Assembly (NCBI GenBank): GCA_963849325.1 | Contig: CAWKHF010000009.1 | Span: forward strand, 96,001-160,000 | Reading direction: 5' to 3' | From: an uncultured Planctomycetota bacterium | GTDB lineage: Bacteria > Planctomycetota > Planctomycetia > Gemmatales > Gemmataceae | Length of the DNA stretch: 64,000 nt | Shown here: piece by piece, positions 39,950 through 49,213 of the stretch | How the letters are laid out: the number at the start of each line of letters is the position of its first letter | Position numbering within the stretch: the stretch's first letter is position 1 | Program-made: the position numbers and the translations under genes | Notes under the pieces: generated by a model | What the model was told of the DNA's origin: nothing | Databases searched by the model: none | The model's input: only the letters and a program-made list of their open reading frames with translations

Positions 39950-41674
39950 GCCGACGGCTTCTCCAGCAAGTACGAGCCGATCACCAGGGCGTCCAAGGGC
40001 GACGTCCAGAAGCACTCCACCGCGTCGCGCGGCGTACATACGATCGGCTCGCCGCGCGTGTTGAACGACGTGTTGACCAGCACCGGCACGCCGGTTCGCG
40101 CCTGGAACGCCTTGAGCAAATCGTAATAGCGCGAGCACTGTTCGCGGTTGATCGTCTGGATGCGCGCCGTTCCGTCCACGTGCCGCACGGCCGGGATGCG
40201 CTTGGCCTTGTCCGGCCTGACTTGATGCACGAACAGCATGAACGGCGAACTTTCTGCGCCGACGAACCAGTTGCCGGCCTCCTCTTCCAGCACGACAGGA
40301 GCGACCGGCCGAAAGTCCTCGCGGTCCTTGATCTCGTTGAGCCGGGCCTGCATGTTCTCGTGGATCGGCGAGGCCAGGATCGACCGCGCCCCCAGCGCCC
40401 TCGGCCCGAACTCCATGCGGCCCTGGAACCAACCGATGATCTTGTCCTTGGCCAGGATGTCGGCGGTCTCCTCCGCGACGTGGTGGAGATGGCGGAAGGG
40501 GACCTTGGTCCAGCGCAGGAACTCCTCGATCTCGGCGTCATTGTAGGCCGGCCCCAGGTAGGCATGGTGCATGACGTGGGAGCGCTCTCGAGACGCCGCG
40601 TTCGAGGCCGTCGATCCACAGGGCGGCGCCCAGGGCGGTGCCGGCGTCGCCGGCGGCCGGCTGCACCCAGATGCGACGAAAGGGACCGTGATCGCGCAGC
40701 CGGGCGTTCATGACGCAGTTGAGCGCCACGCCGCCGGCCAGGCATAGATCCTCCTCCTTGGACGCCTCGCGCAGCCAGCGGGCCAACTCCAGCACCGTCT
40801 CTTCCAGGACCACCTGAAGCGACGAGGCGATGTCGTAATGTTTCGGCTCGATCTCGCCGCCGCGCAGCCGGGCCGGCCCGAATCGTTCCTCCAGCCGCAG
40901 CGCGCCGATGGTAAATTGCCCCTTCTCGCCGAGCTGCACGATCTCGCGGAAGTCGCGCAGGTAGTTCGGCTTGCCGAACGAGGCCAGGGCCATCACCTTG
41001 TACTCGTCCGAGGAGTGCAAAAAGCCGAGATGGCCGGTGACGGCCTCGTACAGAAGACCGAGCGAGTGCGGCATGTGGACCTGGCCGAGCCACTCCAGGC
41101 TGGTGCCGCGGCCGACGGCGTAGCCGGTGGTCGCCTTCTCGCCTCGGCCGTCCAGCGTGAGGACCGCCGCGTGCGGGAACGGCGAGACGTGAAAGGCACT
41201 GGCCGCGTGCGCCAGATGATGCGGCACGAAATGCCAGCGGAACGGCAGCTGATCCACGCACACGCCGCGGAGCCGCCCTTGCAGATGGTGCGGCACGCCG
41301 TCGCACAGGTGGCCTGGAGCATGGGAGATCGAGGCCAAAAACAGCGGGTCCCACACCGAATCAAAACCCTTCGGCGCCTCCTTGGGGCCGGGCTTCAAGG
41401 GGACCGGCACCGCCTCGCCGCAGTCGCGCGGCAGCAGCAGCTGCGGGTCGAACGAGTAGGCAACGTGGTCCACCTCCGCCAGCGCCAGCCCGGCCTGGCG
41501 CAAACAGAAATCGATAGCGTGGTAGGGCAATTCCCAGGTTGAGAACGGCACGGGGCGCTTGCCGTGCTTGATGTGCGTGAAGCGCTCCTCCTCGGCCGCG
41601 GCCACCACGCGGCCATCGCTGACCAGGCAGGCGGCCGGATCGTGGAAGGCGGCGTTGATCCCCAGTGTGTGCAT
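39946..41674 (-). CDS. O-carbamoyltransferase (NodU/CmcH/TobZ family), probable frameshift ~40580
   Basis: HDPAAC, AAEEERF, HHLAHAAS, EYKVM, AGGVALNC, GDAG; EFGPRALG.RS, KDREDFRP, NTSFN. Confidence 0.93.
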
Positions 41675-42813
41675 CACAGTCCTCCATCTTGAAACCGTGG
41701 TGCCGCTTGCGGCTTAGCGCTAAGCCGCAAGCGGCGCCGCGGGGTGGCTAATAGTTCCAGGGCGGCCCGCGCCACTGACTCCGGCGGCACGCGAGACAGA
41801 CAGTCATGATGGTCCTGCGGACAGATGCTTTTGAAGCAGTTTTTGCATGGCACGTCGTGGTAGAGCACTCGCTGCGGCACGTTCCAGGGCGTGTGCTGCG
41901 GATTGGTCTGTGCATACAGATCTACAACCGGCGTGCCGACGGCGGCCGCGATGTGCGCCGGCCCGGTGTTGTTGGTCACGAGCACCGGCGCCAGCGCGAC
42001 CAGGGCGGCCAACTCGGCTAGATTGAGTTGGCCGGCCAGCGAATGCGACGGGGCACGCATCGCCGCGCGGATGTCCTCGATCAGCTCGCGTTCCGCTTCG
42101 GAACCCGAGAAGACGAGGGGAAGATCGTACACTCGCGCCAGCAAACCAGCGGCTTCGGCGTAGCGTTCGGGCGGGTAGCGGCGCGAGGGAGCCGAGGCTC
42201 CGGGATGGATGAGCACCCAGGGTCGATGCGGCGTCAGACCGAGATCGCCCAGCATACTGCGGACGCGGTGGGTGGCCTGCGACGGGACGCGCAGCGACAG
42301 TCGTTCGTCCGTCGTTCGGCAGCCGACCGCCGCGACGAGATCGAGCTGCCGGCGCACCTCGTGGCGGATGAACGGCTCCGGCTCCGACTCCGGTACCCAA
42401 TTGGTCAGCAGTTGGTAAGGGTTCTCGCGGCAATGAGCCAGGCGGCGCGGGATGTCGGCCAGCAGACACAGCAGCGCCGCCGGCAAGGGGTTCTGGCTGA
42501 AGACCGTGAAGAGGACGGCGGCGTCGAAACGGCGCTGGCGCAGCCGTTCGATCATGGCAAACTCGGGCCGGCTGTCGGCGCGCGGCGCCGTCGCCTTCAT
42601 CCACGGTGCGTCGTAAACGATGGAGTCATCGATCTCCGGCAGCAGCGGCGCCAGCGCCGCGGCGGCGGGGGAAGTCAGCAACGTGAGACGCCGGCCCGGA
42701 CACGATTGCTTGAGGGCGCGAAAGGCGGGCGTGGTCATGAGCACATCGCCCAGCGCATCCAGCCGCACGCACAGCACGTTGTCGGCCTGCTGCCAGTCCG
42801 GGAGAGCGTTCAT
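41674..42813 (-). CDS. glycosyltransferase family 9 (WaaF-like heptosyltransferase)
   Basis: RLDALGDVLMTTPA, HPGASAPSRRYP, NNTGPAHIAAAVGTP, C..C...C....H.C motif. Confidence 0.9.
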   Translation of the reverse strand: MNALPDWQQADNVLCVRLDALGDVLMTTPAFRALKQSCPGRRLTLLTSPAAAALAPLLPEIDDSIVYDAPWMKATAPRADSRPEFAMIERLRQRRFDAAVLFTVFSQNPLPAALLCLLADIPRRLAHCRENPYQLLTNWVPESEPEPFIRHEVRRQLDLVAAVGCRTTDERLSLRVPSQATHRVRSMLGDLGLTPHRPWVLIHPGASAPSRRYPPERYAEAAGLLARVYDLPLVFSGSEAERELIEDIRAAMRAPSHSLAGQLNLAELAALVALAPVLVTNNTGPAHIAAAVGTPVVDLYAQTNPQHTPWNVPQRVLYHDVPCKNCFKSICPQDHHDCLSRVPPESVARAALELLATPRRRLRLSAKPQAAPRFQDGGL

Positions 42814-44324
42814 GAGGTTATGTGTCCGTTCAGCAGAGGGAATACGGCTTGCGGCTTGGCGTCGAGGCCGCTGCGGATGCGGTCGATCATGCTCGTCGTC
42901 GAACGATCCTCGACCAGCGGCAAGATGCGGACGACGCCGCCCAACTCCTCCACCAGCGCGGCTTCCGGGAGACGATCGCGCGTGTAATCGCCGCCCTTGA
43001 CGAAGATGTCGGGCCGGACGAGACGAACCAGTTCGTGCGGCGTGTCCTCGTCGAAGGGCAGCAGATGGTCCACGCAGCGAAGGGCGGCCAGCACGGTCAG
43101 ACGGTCCTCCAGCGTGTTGATGGGCCGCGTCGGACCCTTGAGACGGCGGATGGAGGCGTCGGAGTTGACGCCGACGACGAGGACGTCGCCCAGCTCGCGG
43201 GCACGACGGAGGTAGCTGACGTGGCCGCGGTGGAGGATGTCGAAGCAGCCGTTGGTGAAAACGATGCGCCGCCCGCGGCGCCGGTGCTCGGCCAGTTCGG
43301 CGGCGAGGCGAGCGCGGCAGCCGTTGACCGTGCCGTCGGCGGTCAGGGCGTTGTGCAATTCCACAGTCGAACAGATGGACGTGCCCTCCTTGGCGACGAC
43401 CACGGCCGCCGCCGCCGAAGCGATTTCCGCCGCCGCCGGGAAATCGGCCCCCACGGCCAGGCCCAAAGTGAAGGCGGCCAGAAACGTATCGCCGGCCCCC
43501 GATGGACAACCGGGTGCCGAAGGCCGAGCGCCGGTGCGGTACGGCACTCGGCCGCGCTCGAAGACGACGGCGCCGTCCCGGTCCAGGGTGACGGCCGCGA
43601 TGCGAGCGCCGGTGGCCTTCAGCAGACGTTTTTCGTATCGCACGATCCGTTCGGCGCGAGCGGTGGGTACATCGTCGTCGGGCAGTCCCAGAAGCTGCAC
43701 GGCCTCGGCGTAATTCGGCTTCGCTGCCGTCAGGCCCACTTGTTGGTACGCGCGCAGTTGCTTCGAGTCGGCGACGAGCAGGCGCGGCACCCGCGCTTGC
43801 AGTTCGGTCAGTGTCGCGATCACCGTCGGCGTCAGCACGCCGTAGCCGTAGTCCGAAATGACCACGGCATCGCAACGCGAAAAGAGGGATGCCAACCGCT
43901 CGACCAACTGTCCTTCGCTCGGGGCATCGATGGGGCCGGTGTCGCCCTGGTCGAAGCGAACCAGGATCTGTCCGCCCGCGCAGACGCGCTGCTTGGACAG
44001 GGTCCGTCGGCCCGGCTGAACGAGCAAGTGGTCCGTGGACAGGCCATGCTCCTCCAGGCAACGGCGCAGAAGAAACGCCTCGACACCATCGCCCAGGACG
44101 GAGAGGAACGAAACGGTCGCACCGAGAGCGTGGAGGTTGACGGCGGTGTTGGCCGCGCCGCCGGCGGCGTCGCGGCGAGCGGCGACGGACACGACCGGCA
44201 CCGGAGCTTCCGGGCACAGCCGACTGCTGCCGCCCTCCAGGTAGCTGTCGAGCATGGCCTCGCCGAGGACCAGGACGCGCAGGCCGCGGAAGGCGTCGAG
44301 GTGTTTCACCAGCGCAGAAGTCAT
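42810..44324 (-). CDS. hldE: bifunctional heptose-7-phosphate kinase / heptose-1-phosphate adenylyltransferase
   Basis: EAPVPV, GGAAN, SDYGYG, GAGDT; FTNGCFDILHRGH, VGVNSDAS, KGGDY, STT. Confidence 0.93.
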   Translation of the reverse strand: MTSALVKHLDAFRGLRVLVLGEAMLDSYLEGGSSRLCPEAPVPVVSVAARRDAAGGAANTAVNLHALGATVSFLSVLGDGVEAFLLRRCLEEHGLSTDHLLVQPGRRTLSKQRVCAGGQILVRFDQGDTGPIDAPSEGQLVERLASLFSRCDAVVISDYGYGVLTPTVIATLTELQARVPRLLVADSKQLRAYQQVGLTAAKPNYAEAVQLLGLPDDDVPTARAERIVRYEKRLLKATGARIAAVTLDRDGAVVFERGRVPYRTGARPSAPGCPSGAGDTFLAAFTLGLAVGADFPAAAEIASAAAAVVVAKEGTSICSTVELHNALTADGTVNGCRARLAAELAEHRRRGRRIVFTNGCFDILHRGHVSYLRRARELGDVLVVGVNSDASIRRLKGPTRPINTLEDRLTVLAALRCVDHLLPFDEDTPHELVRLVRPDIFVKGGDYTRDRLPEAALVEELGGVVRILPLVEDRSTTSMIDRIRSGLDAKPQAVFPLLNGHITS

Positions 44325-44926
44325 GACCGCCCTCCAATGGTGACGGGCGCGGCCGACAGGATGAGCCGGGCTGCTTCGGCCAGGTCGGCGGCGACGTGGT
44401 GCGGCCGACGCCCGCGGCCGCGCCGCCATTCCGTCTCATTGCCGTTGTCGATCAATACCGTCCGGCAGCCGGCGCGGCGGCCGGCCTCGATGTCGTCGAG
44501 GATGTCGCCCACCATCCACGATTCGGCGAGATCGACGCCGAGTTCCGCGGCGGCCCGCCGCAACATGCCCGGCGCGGGCTTGCGACAGCGGCAGGCGACG
44601 GCGTAGGACGTGATCCTCCCTTGCGGATGGTGCGGACAGTAGTGGAAACCGGCCAGCGGGACGCCGAACACGGCCAGCAGACGCCGCAACGAACCCTCAA
44701 CCTCCCGCAGCGCCGCTCTCGGGAAACAGGCCGCGAGCCACCCCCGATTGGTTGGAGACCACGATGAGCCGCATAGCTGTTCTCATGCAGCGCCGTCAGC
44801 CCCTCCACGGCCCCCGGAGCGAATCGAATCCTTTGCGGATCGACATTATAGGGAACGTCTTCGATGAGCGTGCCATCCTTATCGAGAAAGACAGCCCTCT
44901 TCGGAAACTCTCCGGAAATAACTTCT
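44321..44926 (-). CDS. gmhB: heptose-1,7-bisphosphate phosphatase (HAD IIIA), frameshifted, apparently fused to the upstream GT4
   Basis: AVFLDKDGTL, CPHHP...C.CRKPAPGML, MVGDILDDIEAG; no own start codon seen. Confidence 0.82.
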
Positions 44927-44987
44927 CGTTTCGCCGTGACGCGCAGCGGAGCGTGTCGCGCGCTCCGCTGCGCATCGCGGCGAAACG
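44927..44987. repeat. REP-like palindrome family D, in-frame between the GT4 and GmhB domains
   Basis: encodes FRRDAQRSARHAPLRVTAKR in ORF 44452..45357. Confidence 0.88.
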
Positions 44988-46219
44988 TGGAGTTGCGGAT
45001 CACGGAGGCGTACAGCGCTTCGATGGCGGTGCTGACGCGCTGCCAGGTGTACAGGTTGCGCGCGCGGCGGATGGCTTGCCGACTGAACTCGCGGAGCAGG
45101 GCCGGCTGCCGCATCAGGTGGGACAGACGTTCCGCCAGCGCATCGGGGGACTTCGGTGGGACCAGGTAGCCGGTGATGCCGTCGCGCACCGTCGTCTGAA
45201 TGCCGCCGACGGCCGAGCCGATCACCGGCGTGCCGCACGCCATCGCCTCGACGGGCGTGATGCCGAACGGCTCGTACCAGGGCGTGGTGACAAACACGTC
45301 GGCGGCGGCGTAGTAGGTCCGCAACTCGGATCGGCCGCGGCTGCCGGTGAAGGTCACGACGTCGTCGATGCCCTCGGCCTGCGGCGATGGCGCGGAGTCG
45401 GCCGATCTCCGGCGTCAGGGCGGGGTCCGGCTCGCGCGATTCGCCGCCGACGATGAGCAGGCGGGCGCCTGTCCATGATCGCGGCGCAGCCGGGCCACGG
45501 CGCGAATCACGTCATCCACGCCCTTGCGCGGCACCATGCGGCCTAGTTGCAAGACGATCCATTCGTTCGGCGACAGCCCCAGCGCGACGCGAGCTTGCTG
45601 CTTGTCCATCGACCCGAACTCCTCCGGGTCGAAGCCGCACGGGATGACGCGGATGCGTCCGGGATCGGCCGCGTACAGTCGCAACAGGTCGTCGCGGTCC
45701 TGCGGACACTCGGCGATGAGGCGATCCGCCTCGGCCACGGCGCGCTCTTCAATCGCCAGCCGCTCCTCGGGGAAGGCGTCGGCGCCGCCCTGGTGCAGGC
45801 GGCGCACCCGGCCAAGGGCGTGGAAGGTGACCACCAGCGGCAGGCCGAGTGCTTTCTTCAACTCCGCGCCTACCAGCGCCGACAGAAAGAAATGCGCGTG
45901 GACCAGGTCGTAACCGACTCGGTGGGCATGGCGCAGGGCGTGAATCGTAAATTCCCCCATGAGAGGTAGCAATTGCTCCTTGGGACGGCGCTCGGGAGGC
46001 CCAGCCGGAACGTGGAGAATGCGCACGCCGTCGAGCCACTCCACCACGGGCGGCCATTCGGGGCTGTCGCGGCGGGTGAGGACGTTCGATGCGATGGCCG
46101 CGCCGCGCCAGGTGGCGAGCCACCTGGCCGACGTAGACGTTCTGGCCGCCGCCGTCGGCGCCGCCCAGCCCCGCCAGCGGCGAGGCGTGCTCGCTAATCA
46201 TCGCAATCCGCATGCGCAT
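44988..46219 (-). CDS. glycosyltransferase family 4 (MshA-like), several probable frameshifts
   Basis: ISEHASPL...DGGGQNVYV, TFHALG, LGRMVPRKG, PWYEPFGITPVEAMACG. Confidence 0.87.
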
Positions 46220-46254
46220 GGGATGCCTCCAACGAGTAACCCCGACCAGACTCC

Positions 46255-46308
46255 TCCGAGCCGGAAGCGTGGGCGAAGGAATGGCTTCGCTTACGCTTCA
46301 GGCTCGGA
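46255..46308. repeat. REP-like palindrome family C (imperfect), supplies the stop codon of the upstream GT4
   Basis: arm CTTCGCTTACGCTTCAGGCTCGGA identical to other copies. Confidence 0.85.
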
Positions 46309-47272
46309 TAGCTATGTGGGCAAACGTCTCTTCCCAATCCCGAGTGAACCGCTCGATGCCGAAGCGTTCCAGGGCGCGGCGGCGAGCGTTTTCGCCCAGC
46401 CGTCGCGCCAGGGCCGGCTCCTCCAGCAGTCGCCGCATCGGCTCGATCAGCCGCCGTACGTCCGTATCGACGTAGCCGTGTACGCCGTTCTCGATGACCG
46501 TCACTAGCTCCGTCGTCGCCAGGCCGACGATAGGCAGGCCGATGGTCATGGCTTCCAGGACGGCCAAGCCGAGGCTGGTGTAACGAACCGGGTGGAAGAA
46601 GAAGCGGTAGCGGGCCGCGAAGGCCGGCAGCTCCGGCGGCGACACCTCGCCGAGACCTCCCAGCGATTTGGCGTCCATCCCCACCAGGTCGAGCGGGACG
46701 TCCCGCCGCGCCTGCTCGAAGACGTCCAACCCCAACCGCCGGCCGCGCTGCCGCAGGTGATTGATGACAACCAGGCCGCGCGCGGCCTCGCCGCTGTAGC
46801 GGACCCCCCTTGGGATCAGGACGCCGTGGTCGATCACCCGCGTCGGCGTTCGGCCGTTGTCCCACATCAGGGCGTTAAATGCCGTCACGTGGACCAGCAG
46901 TCCCTCGGGTTCGTCGAACCAGTGGCGCGTGTCGGTTGGGTGTCCCTGCGGCGGATCGTGCTCCAGGTAAATCCGCGGCCGGCGGCGCTGGGCATCGGAG
47001 AGAATCTCGTATTGATCGACCTCGTAGTTCTTCCGCGTCTGGAACAGGATGCAGTCGAAATCCAGCTCGCGCACCGCGTCGGCGGGTACGTCGTGGACGT
47101 TCACGCCGAAGGGGAATGTTTGGCCGCGCCCACCGTAGCCCTCGCCGCCGTCGCGACGCACCGGCAGGTAGAACTCGACCCGCGCTTGCGACAGGTAGAG
47201 CAAGTAATTGCCGTGAATGTGCCAGGTGAAGACGCGAAGCGGCGGCATGGTTTCCTTGCCTCGAAGGGTCAT
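46298..47272 (-). CDS. glycosyltransferase family 4-like protein
   Basis: TWHIHGNYL, YLEHDPP, RYTSLGLAVLEAM..G.P, ENGVHG; alternative start at 47248. Confidence 0.88.
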   Translation of the reverse strand: MTLRGKETMPPLRVFTWHIHGNYLLYLSQARVEFYLPVRRDGGEGYGGRGQTFPFGVNVHDVPADAVRELDFDCILFQTRKNYEVDQYEILSDAQRRRPRIYLEHDPPQGHPTDTRHWFDEPEGLLVHVTAFNALMWDNGRTPTRVIDHGVLIPRGVRYSGEAARGLVVINHLRQRGRRLGLDVFEQARRDVPLDLVGMDAKSLGGLGEVSPPELPAFAARYRFFFHPVRYTSLGLAVLEAMTIGLPIVGLATTELVTVIENGVHGYVDTDVRRLIEPMRRLLEEPALARRLGENARRRALERFGIERFTRDWEETFAHIAIRA

Positions 47273-48323
47273 CAACTGACCGCCGGTGCGGGCACACAAT
47301 GCCCGGTGCGATCCTTGGCTTCGTCCAGCAGTGCCTCGGCCCGAGCCAGAACATCCGGGAGGGAAATGCGGTCTGTGTCGGAGAACACAGGATGCAGGCG
47401 ACGGTCGGCCGGACCCCAGCGTTCCGGGTTGTCGCCGGTCGAAAGCACGATGCTGGGGATACCCAGCGCGTCGGCGAGGTGGGACACTCCCGTGTCATTG
47501 CACACGAGCAGGCGCGCGCGGCTGAGCAGGGCGGCTAGGGCGCCGAGATCTGTCTTGCCGGCCAGGTCAAGGGCCGGCGACCGCAACGCCGATGTGACCG
47601 TCGCCGTCAACCCCGCCTCCGCGGCCGTGCCGGTCAGGACCAGGCGTAGTCCGCGTCGGGCCAGCACCGCGCCGATGTTGGCGAACCATTCCAGCGGCCA
47701 GCGCCGCTGAGGCACGCTGGCCCCGGGATGCAGGCACACGTATTCGCCCCGTCGCAGGTTCGCCATCCCCTTCACACGGGCGAGGGCGTCAAAGTCCTCG
47801 TCCCGAAGCGGAAAATCCAGATGGTCGCCCTGCGAAGGTAGGCCGAGGAACTCCACCAGCCGCAGCAGCCGGCTCCCTTCGCGCCCTCGCGTCGGCCAGG
47901 GGCGGAACTGCTCCGGGTCCGGGCAGTAATCGCCGGGCAGGTAGAACCCGGCCGTCCGCTGCGCGCCCAAAAGCACGAGGAGCGAGTTCACGAACGGGCC
48001 GCTGCCGTGCAACTGGATGGCGAGATCAAAGCGCTCGGCTTGCATTTCGCTCAGAAACCCAGGCAGCCGCGCGACATCCGGTTCGCGCTCCGGCAGTCCG
48101 GGATAACCCGGAAATTCGCGGAAGCCGTCGAGGTAATGATCGTAACGTTCGACGAAGGATCGGGCCCACGGTAGCCCAAGGAGGACGATTTCGGCCTCCG
48201 GCCAGGCCGCGCGAAAGCGCGGAACGCCGGTACGGCGCACAGCAGGTCGCCCAACTGGAGGGCGCGCAGCACCACCACACGACGAGGGGCCGCCCTACCA
48301 GTGTCGCCGAATCCATCCGTCAT
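47272..48323 (-). CDS. glycosyltransferase family 9 (heptosyltransferase-like), probable frameshift ~48235
   Basis: RALQLGDLLCAVPA, HPGAS..RRWP, CNDTGVSHLA. Confidence 0.88.
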
Positions 48324-48398
48324 AAAGATCCTTCTCTAACCGTTGGCGCGTCCGACAACCGCGCACGGACGCGGCAGAGCGAATAGACATTTGCCGTG

Positions 48399-48426
48399 CG
48401 GAATGGTGTTTGCAAAGGAAGTGCCA
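48399..48426. promoter_or_regulatory. overlapping divergent sigma54-type promoters: TGGCACTTCCTTTGCA (-, glycan operon) and CGGAATGGTGTTTGCA (+, ppa)
   Basis: both GG-N10-GC, sharing the TTTGCAAA core. Confidence 0.7.
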
Positions 48427-48428
48427 TA

Positions 48429-48449
48429 CTTCTGTCAAATTGACAGAAG
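48429..48449. promoter_or_regulatory. operator-like dyad CTTCTGTCAA-A-TTGACAGAAG
   Basis: perfect 10-bp arms abutting the -24 box. Confidence 0.5.
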
Positions 48450-48460
48450 ACAGGGAGTTA

Positions 48461-48515
48461 TCCGAGTCGAAAGCGTAAGCGAAAGGTGTCTCTTCGCTTA
48501 CGCTTCCGGCTTGGA
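48461..48515. repeat. REP-like palindrome family C (imperfect)
   Basis: AAGCGTAAGCGAA...TTCGCTTACGCTT. Confidence 0.82.
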
Positions 48516-48533
48516 GGGGTTCGGGAGGAAGGC

Positions 48534-49079
48534 ATGGCGGCGCCGCAATCCCTCATCCAATTGGACGCGAAAGCAGCGGACGGCGAGTTGATTCACGTCG
48601 TCATCGAAACGCCCAAGGGGAGCCGGAACAAGTTCAAGTATGAGGAAGACTTGGGTTGCTTTCGGCTCAACAAAGTACTGCCTCTCGGCGCCCATTTCCC
48701 CTTCGACTTTGGGTTCATCCCGTCCACGCGCGCCGAGGACGGCGATCCCCTGGACGTGTTGGTGCTTATGGACGAACCGGCTGTCCCCGGCTGCATCGTG
48801 CCGGCTCGCCTCCTCGGCGTCATCGAGGCCAAGCAGACCGCCAAGGGCGAGACGGCCCGCAACGACCGTCTGATCGCCGTCCTCGAAACGCCTTTCAATC
48901 CGCCGGAGGTTCATTCTCTGGAAGAGATTAGCGATAACCGTTTGGCGGAACTGGAGCACTTTTTCGTTTCGTACAACCAAATGGAAGGCCGCGAGTTTGA
49001 GCCGATTGGGCGTCATGGACCCGAGCGGGCGATGGAACTTCTCCAGGAAGGAATGCAGCGTTTCCGCAAAGGGAAGTGA
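48534..49079 (+). CDS. ppa: inorganic pyrophosphatase (family I)
   Basis: IETPKGSRNK, FGFIPST..EDGDPLDVL, NDRL, HFF.SY. Confidence 0.92.
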   Translation: MAAPQSLIQLDAKAADGELIHVVIETPKGSRNKFKYEEDLGCFRLNKVLPLGAHFPFDFGFIPSTRAEDGDPLDVLVLMDEPAVPGCIVPARLLGVIEAKQTAKGETARNDRLIAVLETPFNPPEVHSLEEISDNRLAELEHFFVSYNQMEGREFEPIGRHGPERAMELLQEGMQRFRKGK

Positions 49080-49088
49080 GCACCATTC

Positions 49089-49153
49089 GTTTAGCCGCGA
49101 CGCGCAGTGGAGCGCGGGACAAACTCGCGCTCCGCTGCGCGTCGCGGCGAAAC
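49089..49153. repeat. REP-like palindrome family D
   Basis: between convergent ppa and the FAD oxidoreductase. Confidence 0.88.
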
Positions 49154-49213
49154 TCGTGGGCACCCTGATACTCAAAGGCGGGAAGTCTCTCGCCCTGATG
49201 GTCGAAGCAGAGA

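Noticed and set aside
41674-44439. 921-aa ORF as one protein
   Set aside because: The upstream part is an alternative frame of hldE; the GT9 starts at 42813, overlapping the hldE stop.
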